DNA of 34,160 nt from an uncultured Flavobacteriaceae bacterium (GCA_964653155.1 CAZZDI010000005.1:3605-37764), one strand, 5' to 3'; shown: positions 18,225-28,014, numbered from the stretch's first letter. The notes: generated by a model not told the origin, from the letters alone. Numbers and translations are program-made.

Positions 18225-18238
18225 CAACACATTAAAAC

Positions 18239-20683
18239 ATGAAAGTTTTAAAATTTGGTGGAACTTCGGTAGGTTCTTCAAACAACATAAATAAGGTTAT
18301 AAATATTTTAGAGAATTATGGCAAGGAAGACCCCATAATTTGCGTGGTTTCGGCCGTTGGTGGCATAACAGACAAATTGCTTTTGGCTGGAAAACAGGCA
18401 CAAAATAAGGAGGATACTTTTCATGACACCTTCGAAACCATAAAAGAAATCCACTTTAATATTATAAACGAACTGAATCCAACAAATAGCGAACCCATCA
18501 TCAATTATGTTGATGAAAAACTAGGGGAGCTTAAAAGTTTATTGGAAGGTATTTATTTGATTAACGAATTATCTCCAAAAACATCAGATAAATTGGTAAG
18601 CTTTGGTGAATTGCTATCCTCTTTCATTATTGCAGAAACCATGAAAAATAGAGGACTTTCTGCCGATAGAAAAAATTCGCAGGAATTGGTTGTAACCAAC
18701 TCCAATTTCACCAAAGCGGAAGTGGATTATAAAATCACCAATCAAAACATTCAGGATTATTTTAAATCTGCACCGCAGAATATCACCATTCTTCCCGGGT
18801 TTATTTCAAAATCGAAAACGGGAGAACAAACAACCTTGGGGCGTGGAGGTTCAGATTTTACTGCTGCCATTGTCGCTGCAACTTTAAAGGTTGAACAACT
18901 TGAAATATGGACCGATGTTAGCGGCATGTTTACTTGCAATCCCAAAATGGTAAAACAGGCCTACCCTATTAAAAAAATATCATACCAAGAAGCTATGGAA
19001 CTTTCGCATTTTGGTGCTAAAGTGTTGTATCCGCCAACGGTTCAGCCGGTGTTGACTTTAGGGATTCCTATTCACATCAAGAACACTTTAGAGCCCGAGG
19101 CCGAAGGTACCGTTATTTCAAACAGCCCAGTAAATACCAATGGCCCGGTAAAAGGCATCAGCAACATCAACAATATTGCTTTGCTCACTTTGCAAGGCAG
19201 TGGTATGGTGGGCATTCCAGGATTTTCAAAGCGCTTGTTCGAAACGTTGTCGCAGGAAAAAATAAATGTGATTTTGATTACCCAAGCATCATCCGAGCAT
19301 TCTATTTGTTTAGGCGTTGAGGCAAAAGATGCCCAAACTGCCAAAGCAGCTATCGATACGGTTTTTGAAAATGAAATTGCACTGAACAAAATAGACCCTA
19401 TTATTGTGGAAACGGGCTTGGCCATTATCGCATTGGTGGGCGATAACATGAAAAACCACCAAGGTATCAGTGGGAAAATGTTCAGCAGTTTAGGTAAAAA
19501 TAACATCAATATACGTGCTATTGCACAAGGCGCATCCGAAAAAAACATTTCGGCCGTTATTTTAGAAAGCGATGTGAAAAAGGCGCTCAACACCTTGCAC
19601 GAACAGTTTTTCGAAACCAAAACCAAACAATTGAATGTTTTCATAACCGGTGTTGGCAACGTTGGCGAACGCTTGGTGGAGCAAATAAAACAGCAAAAAA
19701 AATATTTAAGAGATAACTTAAAAATAAAACTTCGCGTTGTCGGTTTGTCCAATTCAAGAAAAATGATTTTCAACGAAGAAGGCATCGATTTAAAGAATTG
19801 GAAAGACCAATTAGCCCATGGCGAACAAGCCAGTTTACAAGGCTTTTTTGAAAAAACAAAATCACTCAATTTACGCAACAGTATTTTTGTTGATGTAACG
19901 GCCAATAAAGACGTGGCCGATCTGTACGCCCAATATTTAAAACAAAGTATTGGCGTAGTGGCCTGTAATAAAATAGCCTGTTCGAGCGATTTTGAAAATT
20001 ATAGATTGTTAAAACGTTTATCGTTAGAGTATAACGCACCTTTGTTATTCGAAACCAATGTTGGCGCCGGTTTACCTATTATTGACACATTGAACAATCT
20101 AATTGCATCGGGCGATAAAGTAACTTCAATCCATGCGGTACTTTCCGGAAGTTTAAATTTTGTGTTCAATAACTTTAACGATAAAACTAAATTCCACGAT
20201 GTAGTAAAACAAGCTGGGGTTGAAGGTTATACCGAACCCGACCCAAGAATTGATTTAAGTGGAGTTGATGTAGCTAGAAAAATATTGATTCTAGCCAGGG
20301 AAAGTGGTGCCGAAATGAATTTGGAAGACATTGAAAACATTCCATTTTTATCAGAAACCGGATTGAAAAGTGATTCTGTTGACGATTTTTATGAAACCTT
20401 AAAAACCGATGAAGCGCACTATCAAAAACTATACGCTTCGGCTAAAGAAAAGAATTGCCAGCTAAAGTATGTTGCGCAATTTAATGATGGAAAAGCCAAT
20501 GTAGGCTTACAGGAAATTCCCGAAGGCCACCCATTTTACAATTTACAGGGCAGCGACAACATTGTTATGTTTTACACCAAACGATACGCCCAACAACCCA
20601 TGATTATTAAGGGAGCCGGAGCCGGAGCCGATGTTACCGCTTCTGGTTTGTTTGCCGATATTATTAGAATTGGAAACGATTAA
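18239..20683 (+). CDS. thrA: Bifunctional aspartate kinase/homoserine dehydrogenase I
   Basis: VLKFGGTS, TTLGRGGSD, two ACT domains, GVGNVG, ETNVGAGLP and GYTEPDPR.DLSG.DV motifs. Confidence 0.97.
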   Translation: MKVLKFGGTSVGSSNNINKVINILENYGKEDPIICVVSAVGGITDKLLLAGKQAQNKEDTFHDTFETIKEIHFNIINELNPTNSEPIINYVDEKLGELKSLLEGIYLINELSPKTSDKLVSFGELLSSFIIAETMKNRGLSADRKNSQELVVTNSNFTKAEVDYKITNQNIQDYFKSAPQNITILPGFISKSKTGEQTTLGRGGSDFTAAIVAATLKVEQLEIWTDVSGMFTCNPKMVKQAYPIKKISYQEAMELSHFGAKVLYPPTVQPVLTLGIPIHIKNTLEPEAEGTVISNSPVNTNGPVKGISNINNIALLTLQGSGMVGIPGFSKRLFETLSQEKINVILITQASSEHSICLGVEAKDAQTAKAAIDTVFENEIALNKIDPIIVETGLAIIALVGDNMKNHQGISGKMFSSLGKNNINIRAIAQGASEKNISAVILESDVKKALNTLHEQFFETKTKQLNVFITGVGNVGERLVEQIKQQKKYLRDNLKIKLRVVGLSNSRKMIFNEEGIDLKNWKDQLAHGEQASLQGFFEKTKSLNLRNSIFVDVTANKDVADLYAQYLKQSIGVVACNKIACSSDFENYRLLKRLSLEYNAPLLFETNVGAGLPIIDTLNNLIASGDKVTSIHAVLSGSLNFVFNNFNDKTKFHDVVKQAGVEGYTEPDPRIDLSGVDVARKILILARESGAEMNLEDIENIPFLSETGLKSDSVDDFYETLKTDEAHYQKLYASAKEKNCQLKYVAQFNDGKANVGLQEIPEGHPFYNLQGSDNIVMFYTKRYAQQPMIIKGAGAGADVTASGLFADIIRIGND

Positions 20684-20687
20684 GGCC

Positions 20688-21617
20688 ATGGAAGAAATTA
20701 AAATATTTTCGCCCGCTACAGTAGCCAATGTGGCCTGTGGTTTTGATGTTCTCGGTTTTTGCTTAGATAGTGTTGGTGATAAAATGGTGATTCGAAAAAC
20801 ACCAAAAAAAGGGATTCACATCACACATATAGAAGGCTTCAATTTACCTTATGAAACTGAAAAAAACGTGGCAGGTGTATCGGCTTTAGCCATGTACAAT
20901 GCCATTGATGTCGATTTTGGTTTTGAAATCGAAATCTACAAACGCATAAAACCCGGAAGCGGTATTGGCAGCAGTGCCGCCAGTGCCGTAGGAAGTGTTT
21001 TTGGCATGAACGAAATTTTGGGCAGACCATTCAATAAAACACAACTAACAGAATTTGCCATTAAAGGAGAAGCCTTGGCCAGTAAATGCGAGCATGCCGA
21101 TAATTTGGCCCCTGCCCTTTTTGGTGGTTTTACGTTGGTAAAAAGTGTTTCACCATTGCGGATTTTGGAAATTCCTGCTCCAGATGATTTGTATGCATCG
21201 ATTATCCATCCTCAAATTGAAATAAAAACCGCCGATGCCCGTGCCGTTTTACCCAAAGAGGTTTCACTTGCCAATGCCATTACCCAATGGTCCAATTTAG
21301 GTAGTTTGGTGCACGGATTGCATACTGGCGATTACAATTTAATAAAAGATTCGCTCCACGATGTTATTGTAGAGCCCCATCGCAGCAACTTGATTCCGCA
21401 TTACCACGATGTTAAAAACGAAGTGCTAAAAGCAGGAGCATTAGGTGCATGTATTTCGGGGTCTGGTCCTTCTATTTTTGCTTTGAGCAAAGGTATTGAA
21501 ACCGCAAAAAGTGTAGCCGATGCCATGAACAAAGTCTATACAGCTACAGAATATAATTTCGATATCCACATTTCAAAAATCAATACTGAAGGTATAAAAA
21601 TAATTGAACAAAACTAG
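20688..21617 (+). CDS. thrB: Homoserine kinase
   Basis: PATVANVACGFDVLG, GHMP motif PGSGIGSSAAS, HADN and ISGSGPS. ATG at 20688, 4 nt after the thrA stop. Confidence 0.95.
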   Translation: MEEIKIFSPATVANVACGFDVLGFCLDSVGDKMVIRKTPKKGIHITHIEGFNLPYETEKNVAGVSALAMYNAIDVDFGFEIEIYKRIKPGSGIGSSAASAVGSVFGMNEILGRPFNKTQLTEFAIKGEALASKCEHADNLAPALFGGFTLVKSVSPLRILEIPAPDDLYASIIHPQIEIKTADARAVLPKEVSLANAITQWSNLGSLVHGLHTGDYNLIKDSLHDVIVEPHRSNLIPHYHDVKNEVLKAGALGACISGSGPSIFALSKGIETAKSVADAMNKVYTATEYNFDIHISKINTEGIKIIEQN

Positions 21618-21619
21618 CC

Positions 21620-22912
21620 ATGAATTATTATTCACTCAACCATAAAGCGCCCAATTCAACATTCAAAAATGCCGTAATCAAAGGCTTGGCTCCCGATAAA
21701 GGATTGTATTTTCCCGAAAGTATTACCCCGCTACCAAAGTCTTTTTTTGAAAATATTGATAATTTATCGTATTCGGAATTGGCTTTTGAGGCCATCAAAC
21801 AATTTGTTGTACCAGAAATTCCGGAAGCGGTTTTAAAAACGATTGTTGAAGAAACGTTGTCCTTCGATTTTCCCGTGGTGAAATTGAATGATAACATTTC
21901 AACTTTAGAATTATTCCACGGCCCAACCATGGCCTTTAAAGATGTTGGTGCCCGTTTTATGGCGCGTTGTTTAGGGTATTTCAATAAGAATAACGATAAA
22001 GAAGTAACCGTTTTGGTAGCCACTTCTGGCGATACCGGTGGCGCCGTAGCCAACGGTTTTTTAGGGGTTAAAGGTGTCAATGTAGTGATTCTTTACCCTA
22101 GTGGAAAAGTGAGTGAAATTCAAGAAAAACAACTCACCACTTTAGGACAAAATATCAAAGCCTTGGAAGTTAATGGCACTTTTGATGATTGCCAAGCCAT
22201 GGTAAAGACTGCCTTTTTAGATGAAAGCTTAACCAGCCAAATGCAGCTCACATCTGCAAACTCCATTAATGTGGCGCGCTGGTTACCGCAATTGTTCTAT
22301 TTCATGTTTGCTTACAAGCAATTGCACAACCAATATGAAGATATTGTGTTTTCGGTACCCAGCGGCAATTTCGGAAACATTTGTGCCGGAATGATGGCCC
22401 AAAAATTGGGATTGCCCATCAAGCATTTTGTGGCTTCAAATAACGCAAATAATGTGGTTACCCGTTATTTAATTTCGCAATTGTACGAACCAAAACCATC
22501 CATTCAAACCATAAGTAATGCGATGGATGTGGGCGCACCAAGCAACTTTATCCGTATTCAAGAAATTTATAAAAATGATTTCAATGAATTAAAGGAAAAC
22601 CTTTCCTCGTACAGCTTTACCGACGATGAAACAAAAGCAGCGATGCTCGAAATTTTCGACAATTATAATTATGTGGCCGATCCGCACGGTGCTGTTGGGT
22701 ATTTAGGTTGTAAATCCTACTTAAAGGAAAACCCGAAGGCACATTGTGTGTTCTTGGAAACAGCACATCCTACCAAGTTTTTGGATGTGGTAGAAAACGT
22801 TGTAAAAGAAGAACAGCCGCTGCCCGAACAAATACAATCGGTAATGGGAAAAAACAAAGAATCAGTCCTTATTTCAACCTATGTAGATTTAAAAGCCTTT
22901 TTATTGAAGTAA
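21620..22912 (+). CDS. thrC: Threonine synthase
   Basis: ELFHGPTMAFKD (PLP lysine), ATSGDTG, SANSIN and VPSGNFGN motifs. Confidence 0.97.
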   Translation: MNYYSLNHKAPNSTFKNAVIKGLAPDKGLYFPESITPLPKSFFENIDNLSYSELAFEAIKQFVVPEIPEAVLKTIVEETLSFDFPVVKLNDNISTLELFHGPTMAFKDVGARFMARCLGYFNKNNDKEVTVLVATSGDTGGAVANGFLGVKGVNVVILYPSGKVSEIQEKQLTTLGQNIKALEVNGTFDDCQAMVKTAFLDESLTSQMQLTSANSINVARWLPQLFYFMFAYKQLHNQYEDIVFSVPSGNFGNICAGMMAQKLGLPIKHFVASNNANNVVTRYLISQLYEPKPSIQTISNAMDVGAPSNFIRIQEIYKNDFNELKENLSSYSFTDDETKAAMLEIFDNYNYVADPHGAVGYLGCKSYLKENPKAHCVFLETAHPTKFLDVVENVVKEEQPLPEQIQSVMGKNKESVLISTYVDLKAFLLK

Positions 22913-22933
22913 AATATTGTAACACGGTTACAT

Positions 22934-22963
22934 AAAAAAATCCCCTAATAAAAAGGGGATTTT
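22934..22963. terminator. Bidirectional intrinsic terminator after thrC / CAP gene
   Basis: AAAATCCCCT (22937-46) ... AGGGGATTTT (22954-63) with an A7 run on the left. Confidence 0.8.
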
Positions 22964-23070
22964 AGCCCAAATAAAATTTAAATAACTTATTAAGTTACCA
23001 AGTGTCCTTTTTAAGTTTTCTTTAATGGCTACTTCAAAATTAAAAAGGATGCGTTTAATACTTTGAAATA

Positions 23071-23568
23071 TTATTTTTTAATGAAGATATTGGTATAAAA
23101 CCATCTGCCTTCTTCGTTTTTTTCGGCCGACACATCAAAATTCGTATAATCGCCCTCTAGGTTGTTTTTATGCGCTTCGCTTTTAAGCCATGCCCTCACT
23201 ACAGATTCTGCAGAACTGTAACCATAAGCAACATTTTCAGAAACGCGTTTAGCTCCGGCATGCGATTTCAAATAATTGCTTCGAGTGTAAAAATTATCGT
23301 GCGATACTTCGCCACTATAAACCATATAATCGGTATGGCTAAAGGCAACCGATTTAACAATGTCCATATCTTCCAAAGGGCTTAAGCCTTCCGAAAGCCT
23401 ATGGTCGTTAATAAGGTTAAGTATTTCAATTTCGATGGATTTGGCCTGTTGGGATACTAATTTTAGTTCAATGGCTTCTGCTTCATCATCCAAGTTATTG
23501 GTTGAGCAAGACGCAAAAGATAGCATGGCCAAAAATGCCAATAGTGGCAATTTAATTGGTAACTTCAT
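23071..23568 (-). CDS. CAP (SCP/YkwD-like) domain lipoprotein
   Basis: Lipobox FASC, LINDHR, HTDYM...SH, ENVAYG and WLKSEAHKNNL motifs. Confidence 0.9.
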   Translation of the reverse strand: MKLPIKLPLLAFLAMLSFASCSTNNLDDEAEAIELKLVSQQAKSIEIEILNLINDHRLSEGLSPLEDMDIVKSVAFSHTDYMVYSGEVSHDNFYTRSNYLKSHAGAKRVSENVAYGYSSAESVVRAWLKSEAHKNNLEGDYTNFDVSAEKNEEGRWFYTNIFIKK

Positions 23569-23725
23569 TAGGTTAAGTATTTTAGATTTGGGATTATAAA
23601 ATTATAACGCTAAACCGAAGTTAACTGTTAATAAAAAGTTAAAATCGACCAAAAACACACCTTTAATCGTTATTAAGTGTTTTTAATCGATTTTTTTATT
23701 CGAAATGTAGGATATTTAATTCTAT

Positions 23726-24370
23726 TCAGGGCGCCAAACGCTCAATCAGCCAATTGTAATCAGGGAGAAGCTTGTAACGGATACGGTCGTGAAGCCTATT
23801 GGGCCGCCCTTGCCAAAATTCCATTTCAACAGGCTTTACAATGTAGCCGCCCCAATGCGGTGGCCTAGGTATATCTTTACCAGCAAATTCTTCTTCTAAA
23901 ATTAACAGTTCCTTTTCTAAATCTTTCCTGTTTGCAACCTCGCTTTGGTTGGAAACCCAAGCCCCCAACTGGCTACCTCTGGGGCGTGATTCAAAATAAC
24001 CGTCGCTCAAGTTTTCGGCTATTTTTTCAGCTTTTCCTTTTATAATGACTTGCCGTTCTGCCCCATGCCAAAAAAATGATAAGCAAACATTTGGGTTTTT
24101 GGCAATGGCTTTTCCTTTTTCGCTGTTGTAATTGGTGTAAAAAATAAAGCCTTCAAAGGTGTACTTTTTAAGCAATACCACTCTGTTTTTAGGATAGCCA
24201 TCTAATCCTAAGGTTGAAACCGTCATGGCATTGGTTTCATTTTCAGGAAAGTGTGCATCGACCTCGTAAAACCATTTTTGAAACAGTTCTATGGGGTTTT
24301 CGGGCACTTCAGATAAAAGTAATTCTGCCTTTTCGTACGATTTCCTGTAATTGCTCAAGTCTTTTTCCAT
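23726..24370 (-). CDS. pdxH: Pyridoxamine 5'-phosphate oxidase
   Basis: RVVLLK, FYTNYNSEKG, YFESRPRGSQLGAW, EFWQGRPNRLHDR and ERLAP motifs. Confidence 0.97.
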   Translation of the reverse strand: MEKDLSNYRKSYEKAELLLSEVPENPIELFQKWFYEVDAHFPENETNAMTVSTLGLDGYPKNRVVLLKKYTFEGFIFYTNYNSEKGKAIAKNPNVCLSFFWHGAERQVIIKGKAEKIAENLSDGYFESRPRGSQLGAWVSNQSEVANRKDLEKELLILEEEFAGKDIPRPPHWGGYIVKPVEMEFWQGRPNRLHDRIRYKLLPDYNWLIERLAP

Positions 24371-24676
24371 AAATACAAATTAACGAAAAAAGCTAAAGCT
24401 ATACTGCCGCATTTTATAAAATCACTGATTTTGTCGCCCCATTTTTAAAACAGTTGTTGAATGGATGCTATTTGGTAAAAAAATGGTCCTTCTACTCTAG
24501 CTGACTCCAGTTTCCTGTTATAAAATTGTTTTGTCAAACTGAAAACAGTATCGGCTTAATGATGAACCCACCTGCCATCACTTCGCAAATCTGGCTTATG
24601 GATGTTTCTGTTTTTTTTACGCATGCGTTCCTTGTACACAACCTAAAAATTCAAACACTGTTTTAATCAAACAATA

Positions 24677-24707
24677 TTTGAATGCTTGCCCCAATATTTT
24701 ATCTTTG
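24677..24707 (+). promoter_or_regulatory. Promoter of pheT
   Basis: TTTG (24677-80)-N19-TATCTTTG (24700-07), a full consensus match. Confidence 0.75.
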
Positions 24708-24731
24708 CAGCTTCAATTAGCATAAAACTTT

Positions 24732-27158
24732 ATGAAGATTTCTTATAACTGGTTAAAACAATTCATTAAAACCGATTGGACACCAGAACAAACCAGCGAA
24801 CTCCTTACCGATTTAGGCCTTGAAGTAGAGGGCGTAGAAAATTATCAATCTGTAAAAGGTGGGCTGGAAGGCGTGGTTGTTGGCGAAGTATTGACTTGCG
24901 AAAAACACCCCAATGCCGATAAACTAAAAGTCACTACAGTACACATTGGCAGCGACGCCCCATTACAAATTGTTTGTGGTGCACCCAATGTAGCGGCCGG
25001 ACAAAAAGTGCCTGTAGCCACCATTGGCACCACACTTTATACACCCGAAGGCGAAGCTTGGACCATAAAAAAAGGAAAAATAAGAGGTGAGGCCAGCCAC
25101 GGAATGATTTGTGCCGAAGACGAACTGGGCTTAGGCAAATCGCACGATGGCATTATGGTTTTGGATGCCGATTTGAACCCAGGAACCCCTATTGCCGATA
25201 TTTTTGAAGTTGAAAACGACCATGTTTTTGAAATTGGATTAACTCCCAATCGTGCTGATGCCATGAGCCACATGGGGGCCGCCCGCGATTTAAGAGCGGG
25301 ATTGGTTCAAAAAGAAATCAACCTAGAACTCATCACACCATCGGTAAGTGCGTTTCGTGTCGATAACCGTACCTTAAAAATGGATGTTGATGTAAAAAAT
25401 AAAGACCTCGCACCACGTTATTGTGGGCTTACCATTTCTGGGCTTCGTATCAAGGAATCGCCCGCTTGGTTAAAGCACCGCTTAAAAGCTATTGGTATAG
25501 AGCCCAAAAACAACGTTGTGGATGCCACAAATTACGTACTGCACGATTTGGGTCAGCCATTGCACGCTTTTGATGCCTCTAAAATTATTGGCAACAAAAT
25601 AGAAGTAAAAACCTTAAAATCGGGCACTAAATTTACCACTTTAGATGGTGTGGAGCGCGAACTTCATGAAGACGATTTAATGATATGCAACGCCGAAAAA
25701 CCCATGTGCATCGCTGGGGTTTTTGGAGGAATTGATTCGGGCGTTACCGAAAACACCACCAGTATTTTCTTGGAAAGTGCCTATTTTAATCCGGTAAGTA
25801 TCCGTAAAACTGCCAAACGCCACGGTTTGAATACCGATGCGTCTTTCCGTTTTGAGCGCGGCATCGATCCAAATATAACAGAATACGCTTTAAAACGAGC
25901 CACACTGTTGATTCAGGAATTGGCAGGTGGTGAAGTTACTAGCGATATTGTTGATTTTTACCCCAACAAAATAAAGGATTTCGAAGTACGATTAAGCTTC
26001 GATAACGCCAAAAAACTGATTGGTGAAGAAATATCGAAGGAAACCATTAAACGCATTTTAACGTCTTTGGACATAAAGGTGAACAACGTAACTGAAACCG
26101 GTTTGGGGCTTACGGTTCCGGCGTATCGTAACGATGTACAACGCGAGGCCGATATTATTGAAGAAATTTTAAGGGTTTACGGCTATAACAACATCAATAT
26201 TACCGAAAAACTCAATGCGTCCATTTCTAGCACGTCTCGTTTCGAGGATTACAAAATTCAAAATGTGGTGGGCAACCAATTGGTATCGCAAGGGTTTTTC
26301 GAGATTATGGCCAATTCACTTACCACGCCAAACTACGTGGCTTTAAGTGAACAGTTAAAAGAGGAGCATAACATTAGCATGCTCAATCCGTTGAGTAACG
26401 ATTTGTCGGTAATGCGCCAATCCTTGCTGTTTTCAGGATTGGAGGCCGTATCGTTCAACATAAACCGAAAGCGAGCCGATCTAAAATTGTTCGAGTTCGG
26501 AAAAACCTATCACGGTTACAACGATAAACGCGAAGAATTTAAACATTTATCACTATTCGCAACGGGCAACCAAAACGCCGAAAACTGGAACGGCACCAGT
26601 AAAAAAAGTGATTTCTTTTTAATGAAAGGCCTTATTATTTCCATTTTGGAACGTTTGGGCATTTCCAGATTTAAGGAAACACCTATCACCAACGATTTGT
26701 TTTCTGAAGGCCTGACTTTAGGATTAGGAAAAAATAAATTAGTGGATTTCGGGTTGGTGAAAAAATCGGTTTTAAAACATTTTGATATTTCTCAGGAAGT
26801 GATTTATGCCGATTTCAATTGGGATACCATTTTAGATTTGGTAAAGCACAACAAAATTAAATTCACCGAAATACCAAAATATCCTGAAGTACGTCGTGAT
26901 TTCGCATTGCTTTTGGATGATAACGTTACTTTTGATTCTATTTACAACATTGCCAAGCAAAGTGAAAAACAACTGCTAAAAGCCGTTAATTTATTTGATG
27001 TGTACCAAGGTGAAAATTTACCAAAAGGCAAAAAAAGTTATGCGGTGAGCTTTACGCTTCAGGACGACAACAAAACACTTACCGATAAGCAAATTGACAA
27101 AATTATGAACAAGTTGCAAACCAATTTTGAAAAGCAACTTGGCGCAGAACTGAGATAG
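24732..27158 (+). CDS. pheT: Phenylalanine--tRNA ligase beta subunit
   Basis: MKISYNWL, HPNADKL, IVCGAPNV, TPNRADAMS, RFERG and a C-terminal FDX-ACB domain (RRDFA...LFDVY). Confidence 0.98.
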   Translation: MKISYNWLKQFIKTDWTPEQTSELLTDLGLEVEGVENYQSVKGGLEGVVVGEVLTCEKHPNADKLKVTTVHIGSDAPLQIVCGAPNVAAGQKVPVATIGTTLYTPEGEAWTIKKGKIRGEASHGMICAEDELGLGKSHDGIMVLDADLNPGTPIADIFEVENDHVFEIGLTPNRADAMSHMGAARDLRAGLVQKEINLELITPSVSAFRVDNRTLKMDVDVKNKDLAPRYCGLTISGLRIKESPAWLKHRLKAIGIEPKNNVVDATNYVLHDLGQPLHAFDASKIIGNKIEVKTLKSGTKFTTLDGVERELHEDDLMICNAEKPMCIAGVFGGIDSGVTENTTSIFLESAYFNPVSIRKTAKRHGLNTDASFRFERGIDPNITEYALKRATLLIQELAGGEVTSDIVDFYPNKIKDFEVRLSFDNAKKLIGEEISKETIKRILTSLDIKVNNVTETGLGLTVPAYRNDVQREADIIEEILRVYGYNNINITEKLNASISSTSRFEDYKIQNVVGNQLVSQGFFEIMANSLTTPNYVALSEQLKEEHNISMLNPLSNDLSVMRQSLLFSGLEAVSFNINRKRADLKLFEFGKTYHGYNDKREEFKHLSLFATGNQNAENWNGTSKKSDFFLMKGLIISILERLGISRFKETPITNDLFSEGLTLGLGKNKLVDFGLVKKSVLKHFDISQEVIYADFNWDTILDLVKHNKIKFTEIPKYPEVRRDFALLLDDNVTFDSIYNIAKQSEKQLLKAVNLFDVYQGENLPKGKKSYAVSFTLQDDNKTLTDKQIDKIMNKLQTNFEKQLGAELR

Positions 27159-27168
27159 AAGGTTATAT

Positions 27169-28014
27169 ATGAGAGGGTTTTTAGTTGTTATTTTACTGTC
27201 TTTTTCGGTCTGTGTTTCAGCACAAAACGACACCTTAAAAAAACCCGTTGATAGCCTCTCACGTTGGAGTTTATTAAAATACGATGCCAAATATACTTGG
27301 CAGAGTGTGAAGCATTCGGTGTCTCGCCCCGCACATTGGAAAGGCAAAGACTTTAAAACACTTGGGTTTTTGGTTGCGGGAACGCTTGCGCTTTCATCCA
27401 TCGACGAACCTGCCAACGCGTTTTTTGTAAGGCAAGATGCCAAAGCGCCACAATTGGTGAAGGATTTTGGTTGGTATTTTGGGAGTCCGCAAAACTATTT
27501 TATGGTCAATGCCGGGTTGTACGGTGTGGGCTTGATTACCAAAAATGAAACCATCCGGAAAACCAGTGTGCTTATCATTTCATCTTCGGTAACTACGGGG
27601 CTTATTCAAAGTTTTGCCAAAAATGCCATTGGCCGAGCACGGCCCAATTCGGGTTATGGCGCTTTTGATTTTCGGCCGTTTTCACCCGAAGGGGCTTTTC
27701 ATTCTTTTCCTTCAGGACATACCATTTTATCGATGACCATGGCACACGCCATTGCTAAACAATTCAATAGCACTTGGGCCAAAGCAGCCACTTATTCCAT
27801 AGGCTCCATTATACCGCTTTCAAGGCTTACGGCCAATGCCCATTGGGTGACCGATACTGCCTTTAGTGCTGCCATTAGTATTATTGTGGTCGATTGCATT
27901 GACCGCTTTCTTAACGATACCAAAGCGTACGGTGCCGCTAACAAAAAACCTAAAACAATAGCGTGGCGTTTGGCCATTAAGCCGAACCAAATTGGTTTAG
28001 TAGGAAATTTTTAA
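27169..28014 (+). CDS. PAP2 family phosphatase
   Basis: KxxxGRARP, SFPSGH and SRLxxxAHWVTD motifs, with a signal peptide ending VSA|Q. Confidence 0.9.
   Translation: MRGFLVVILLSFSVCVSAQNDTLKKPVDSLSRWSLLKYDAKYTWQSVKHSVSRPAHWKGKDFKTLGFLVAGTLALSSIDEPANAFFVRQDAKAPQLVKDFGWYFGSPQNYFMVNAGLYGVGLITKNETIRKTSVLIISSSVTTGLIQSFAKNAIGRARPNSGYGAFDFRPFSPEGAFHSFPSGHTILSMTMAHAIAKQFNSTWAKAATYSIGSIIPLSRLTANAHWVTDTAFSAAISIIVVDCIDRFLNDTKAYGAANKKPKTIAWRLAIKPNQIGLVGNF

Noticed and set aside
18201-18228. TTTTTCAA-like triple repeat as a CRISPR or phase-variable tract
   Set aside because: It is too short and has no spacers. It is better explained as a U-rich terminator tail or initiation region.
19072-19905. 277-aa antisense ORF inside thrA (also 9026..9496, 16550..17035, 21628..22080, 27018..27443, 29654..30106 and similar)
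   Set aside because: These are shadow ORFs opposite well-supported genes, with no motifs of their own.
24732-27158. pheT without pheS, and likewise fused E1 without E2/E3 at 8600..10576
   Set aside because: Both arrangements are ordinary in Bacteroidota.
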